Program-made: the position numbers and the translations under genes
In this document: in pieces, positions 62,592 through 64,000 of the stretch
Numbering within the stretch: position 1 is the first letter of the stretch
How the letters are laid out: every line of letters begins with the position of its first letter
NCBI GenBank assembly: GCA_963771175.1
Contig: CAVYSY010000007.1
Span: forward strand, 1 to 64,000
Reading direction: 5' to 3'
Origin: an uncultured delta proteobacterium
Lineage (GTDB): Bacteria > Myxococcota > Myxococcia > Myxococcales > Myxococcaceae
DNA: 64,000 nt
Notes under the pieces: generated by a model
Database searches by the model: none
What the model was told of the DNA's origin: nothing
Seen by the model: only the letters and a program-made list of their open reading frames with translations

Positions 62592-63704
62592 GTGGCCCGA
62601 CAGGGGTGCACGTTGGCGCAGGCGACGAAGGCGAAGTTTCTGGAGGCGGGGCCCTTTCATCAGGCTCTCAAGGCGCGGGTAGACAACTACTTCCAGGAGA
62701 GTGGGCGCTCGCAGCGCGATCTCCCGGGGATGTACGCCAAGACGGCGGCGCTGCTCGGCTGGTTCGTCGCCTCCTATCTCTTCCTCACCTTCGTGGCGTC
62801 GGGCCCGTGGAGCGCGGTGCTCGGGTGCCTGTCGCTCGGGCTGTCGATGGCCGGCATCGGCTTCAGCATCCAGCACGACGCGAACCACGGCGGTTACTCG
62901 GAGCACAAGTCCGTCAATCGCCTGCTCGCCGGGACGCTCGATATCCTCGGCGCCTCCTCCTACGTGTGGAGCTGGAAGCACAACATCTTCCACCACAGCC
63001 ATCCCAACGTGGTCGGGCTCGACGCGGACATCGACATCCAGCCCTTCTGCCGGGTCGCCCCGGGCCAGCGGCTGTACGCGGCCCATCGCTTCCAGCACTT
63101 CTACATCTGGCTGCTCTACGGGCTGCTCGCGGTGAAGTGGCACTTCGTCGATGACTACAAGGACGTGCTCACCGGCAGCGTCGGACGGCAGAAGATGCCG
63201 CGCCCCACCGGACGGAAGCTCGTCGGCGTCCTCGGCGGCAAACTGTTCTTCATCGGATGGGCCCTGGTGGTGCCGTCCCTCTTCCACCCCGTGTGGCAGG
63301 TGGTGCTCTGCTATGCCCTGACGTCGTTCATCCTCGGCGTCACGCTCGCGAGCGTCTTCCAGCTCGCGCACTGCGTGGAGGAGGCGGAGTTTCCCGAGGT
63401 GCCGCAAGACGGCGGCACCTTCACGCGCGAATGGGCGGTGCACCAGGTGGAGACGACGGTCGACTTCGCGCGGGGCAACCGGCTGGTGTGCTGGTATCTC
63501 GGCGGGCTCAACTTCCAGGTGGTACACCACCTGTTCCCCCGGGTGTGCCACCTGCATTACCCGGCGCTCTCGCGCATCGTCGAGGAGACATGCCGGGAGC
63601 ACGGGGTGCGCTACCGCGCGCAGGAGAGCGTGGGCGCTGCATTGGGAAGCCACGTGAGGTGGCTCAAGCGGATGGGTCGGCCAGCGGTCGTGGAGGCAGC
63701 GTGA
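62592..63704 (+). CDS. Membrane fatty acid (acyl-CoA) desaturase, front-end/DesB-like
   Basis: His boxes HDANH, HNIFHH and QVVHHLFP; GGLNFQ. Confidence 0.92.
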   Translation: MARQGCTLAQATKAKFLEAGPFHQALKARVDNYFQESGRSQRDLPGMYAKTAALLGWFVASYLFLTFVASGPWSAVLGCLSLGLSMAGIGFSIQHDANHGGYSEHKSVNRLLAGTLDILGASSYVWSWKHNIFHHSHPNVVGLDADIDIQPFCRVAPGQRLYAAHRFQHFYIWLLYGLLAVKWHFVDDYKDVLTGSVGRQKMPRPTGRKLVGVLGGKLFFIGWALVVPSLFHPVWQVVLCYALTSFILGVTLASVFQLAHCVEEAEFPEVPQDGGTFTREWAVHQVETTVDFARGNRLVCWYLGGLNFQVVHHLFPRVCHLHYPALSRIVEETCREHGVRYRAQESVGAALGSHVRWLKRMGRPAVVEAA

Positions 63705-64000
63705 TGAGGGATGAGAACGAGGAGCGGATCCGCTTCGGGCGTGCGCAGAAGTTCCGGCTCTCCTCGAAGGGCAACGAGGCCGTGTCGGCGTACAGCCTGA
63801 TGGTGGAGAAGGCGCGGGCGGGGGCGGGACGCGCCCAGTTCGACGCGGCCCGCACGGCGTGGAGCACCCCCCGTGGGCTCACCTCCGAGGATGGGCTCTT
63901 CCTCGTGGAGTTTGGCGTGGGGGACCGGACCATCACGGAGGCGACGCGCAGCCTCGAGGACTGCGCCAGCTCGAAGGAAGTGAAGGCCGCCGTCGAGCGG
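63704..64000 (+). CDS. Hypothetical protein, 3'-truncated by the window edge
   Basis: TGATG overlap with the desaturase; open frame MRDENEERIRFGRAQKFRLS.. to the window end. Confidence 0.6.
   Translation, partial: MRDENEERIRFGRAQKFRLSSKGNEAVSAYSLMVEKARAGAGRAQFDAARTAWSTPRGLTSEDGLFLVEFGVGDRTITEATRSLEDCASSKEVKAAVER

Overview
This is a high-GC, gene-dense bacterial chromosomal segment. Its gene content points to a myxobacterium of the Myxococcales (Archangium/Cystobacter/Stigmatella-like): SitA6/SitI6-type toxin pair, DUSAM domain, Cys-rich Kelch lipoprotein. It carries about 60 genes. Housekeeping genes are hrcA, glnA, hemF, glpK, dapD, dapE and kup. Others include an ECF sigma/anti-sigma operon, a large GH119-type starch-active enzyme, three monovalent-cation transport systems and an ABC/lipocalin operon. 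More than a dozen conserved genes are split by single-base frameshifts, best explained as uncorrected long-read indel errors. Best leads: (1) an Rdx/SelW-family selenoprotein gene missed by the ORF track (60708-60941, CxxU with a SECIS-like hairpin); (2) a LysR gene bracketed by ~115-bp inverted repeats that serve as upstream regions of two divergent oxidoreductases, next to a 'Gcr site-specific recombinase' family gene; (3) a ~90-bp palindromic repeat family, as a 3-unit array and a solo copy, both between convergent genes; (4) two uncharacterised lipoprotein-plus-partner cassettes resembling SitAI toxin-immunity pairs; (5) a CPA1 antiporter coupled to an RCK-cNMP protein. I saw no rRNA, tRNA, CRISPR array or transposase. 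All family calls come from motif recognition by eye, not database searches.
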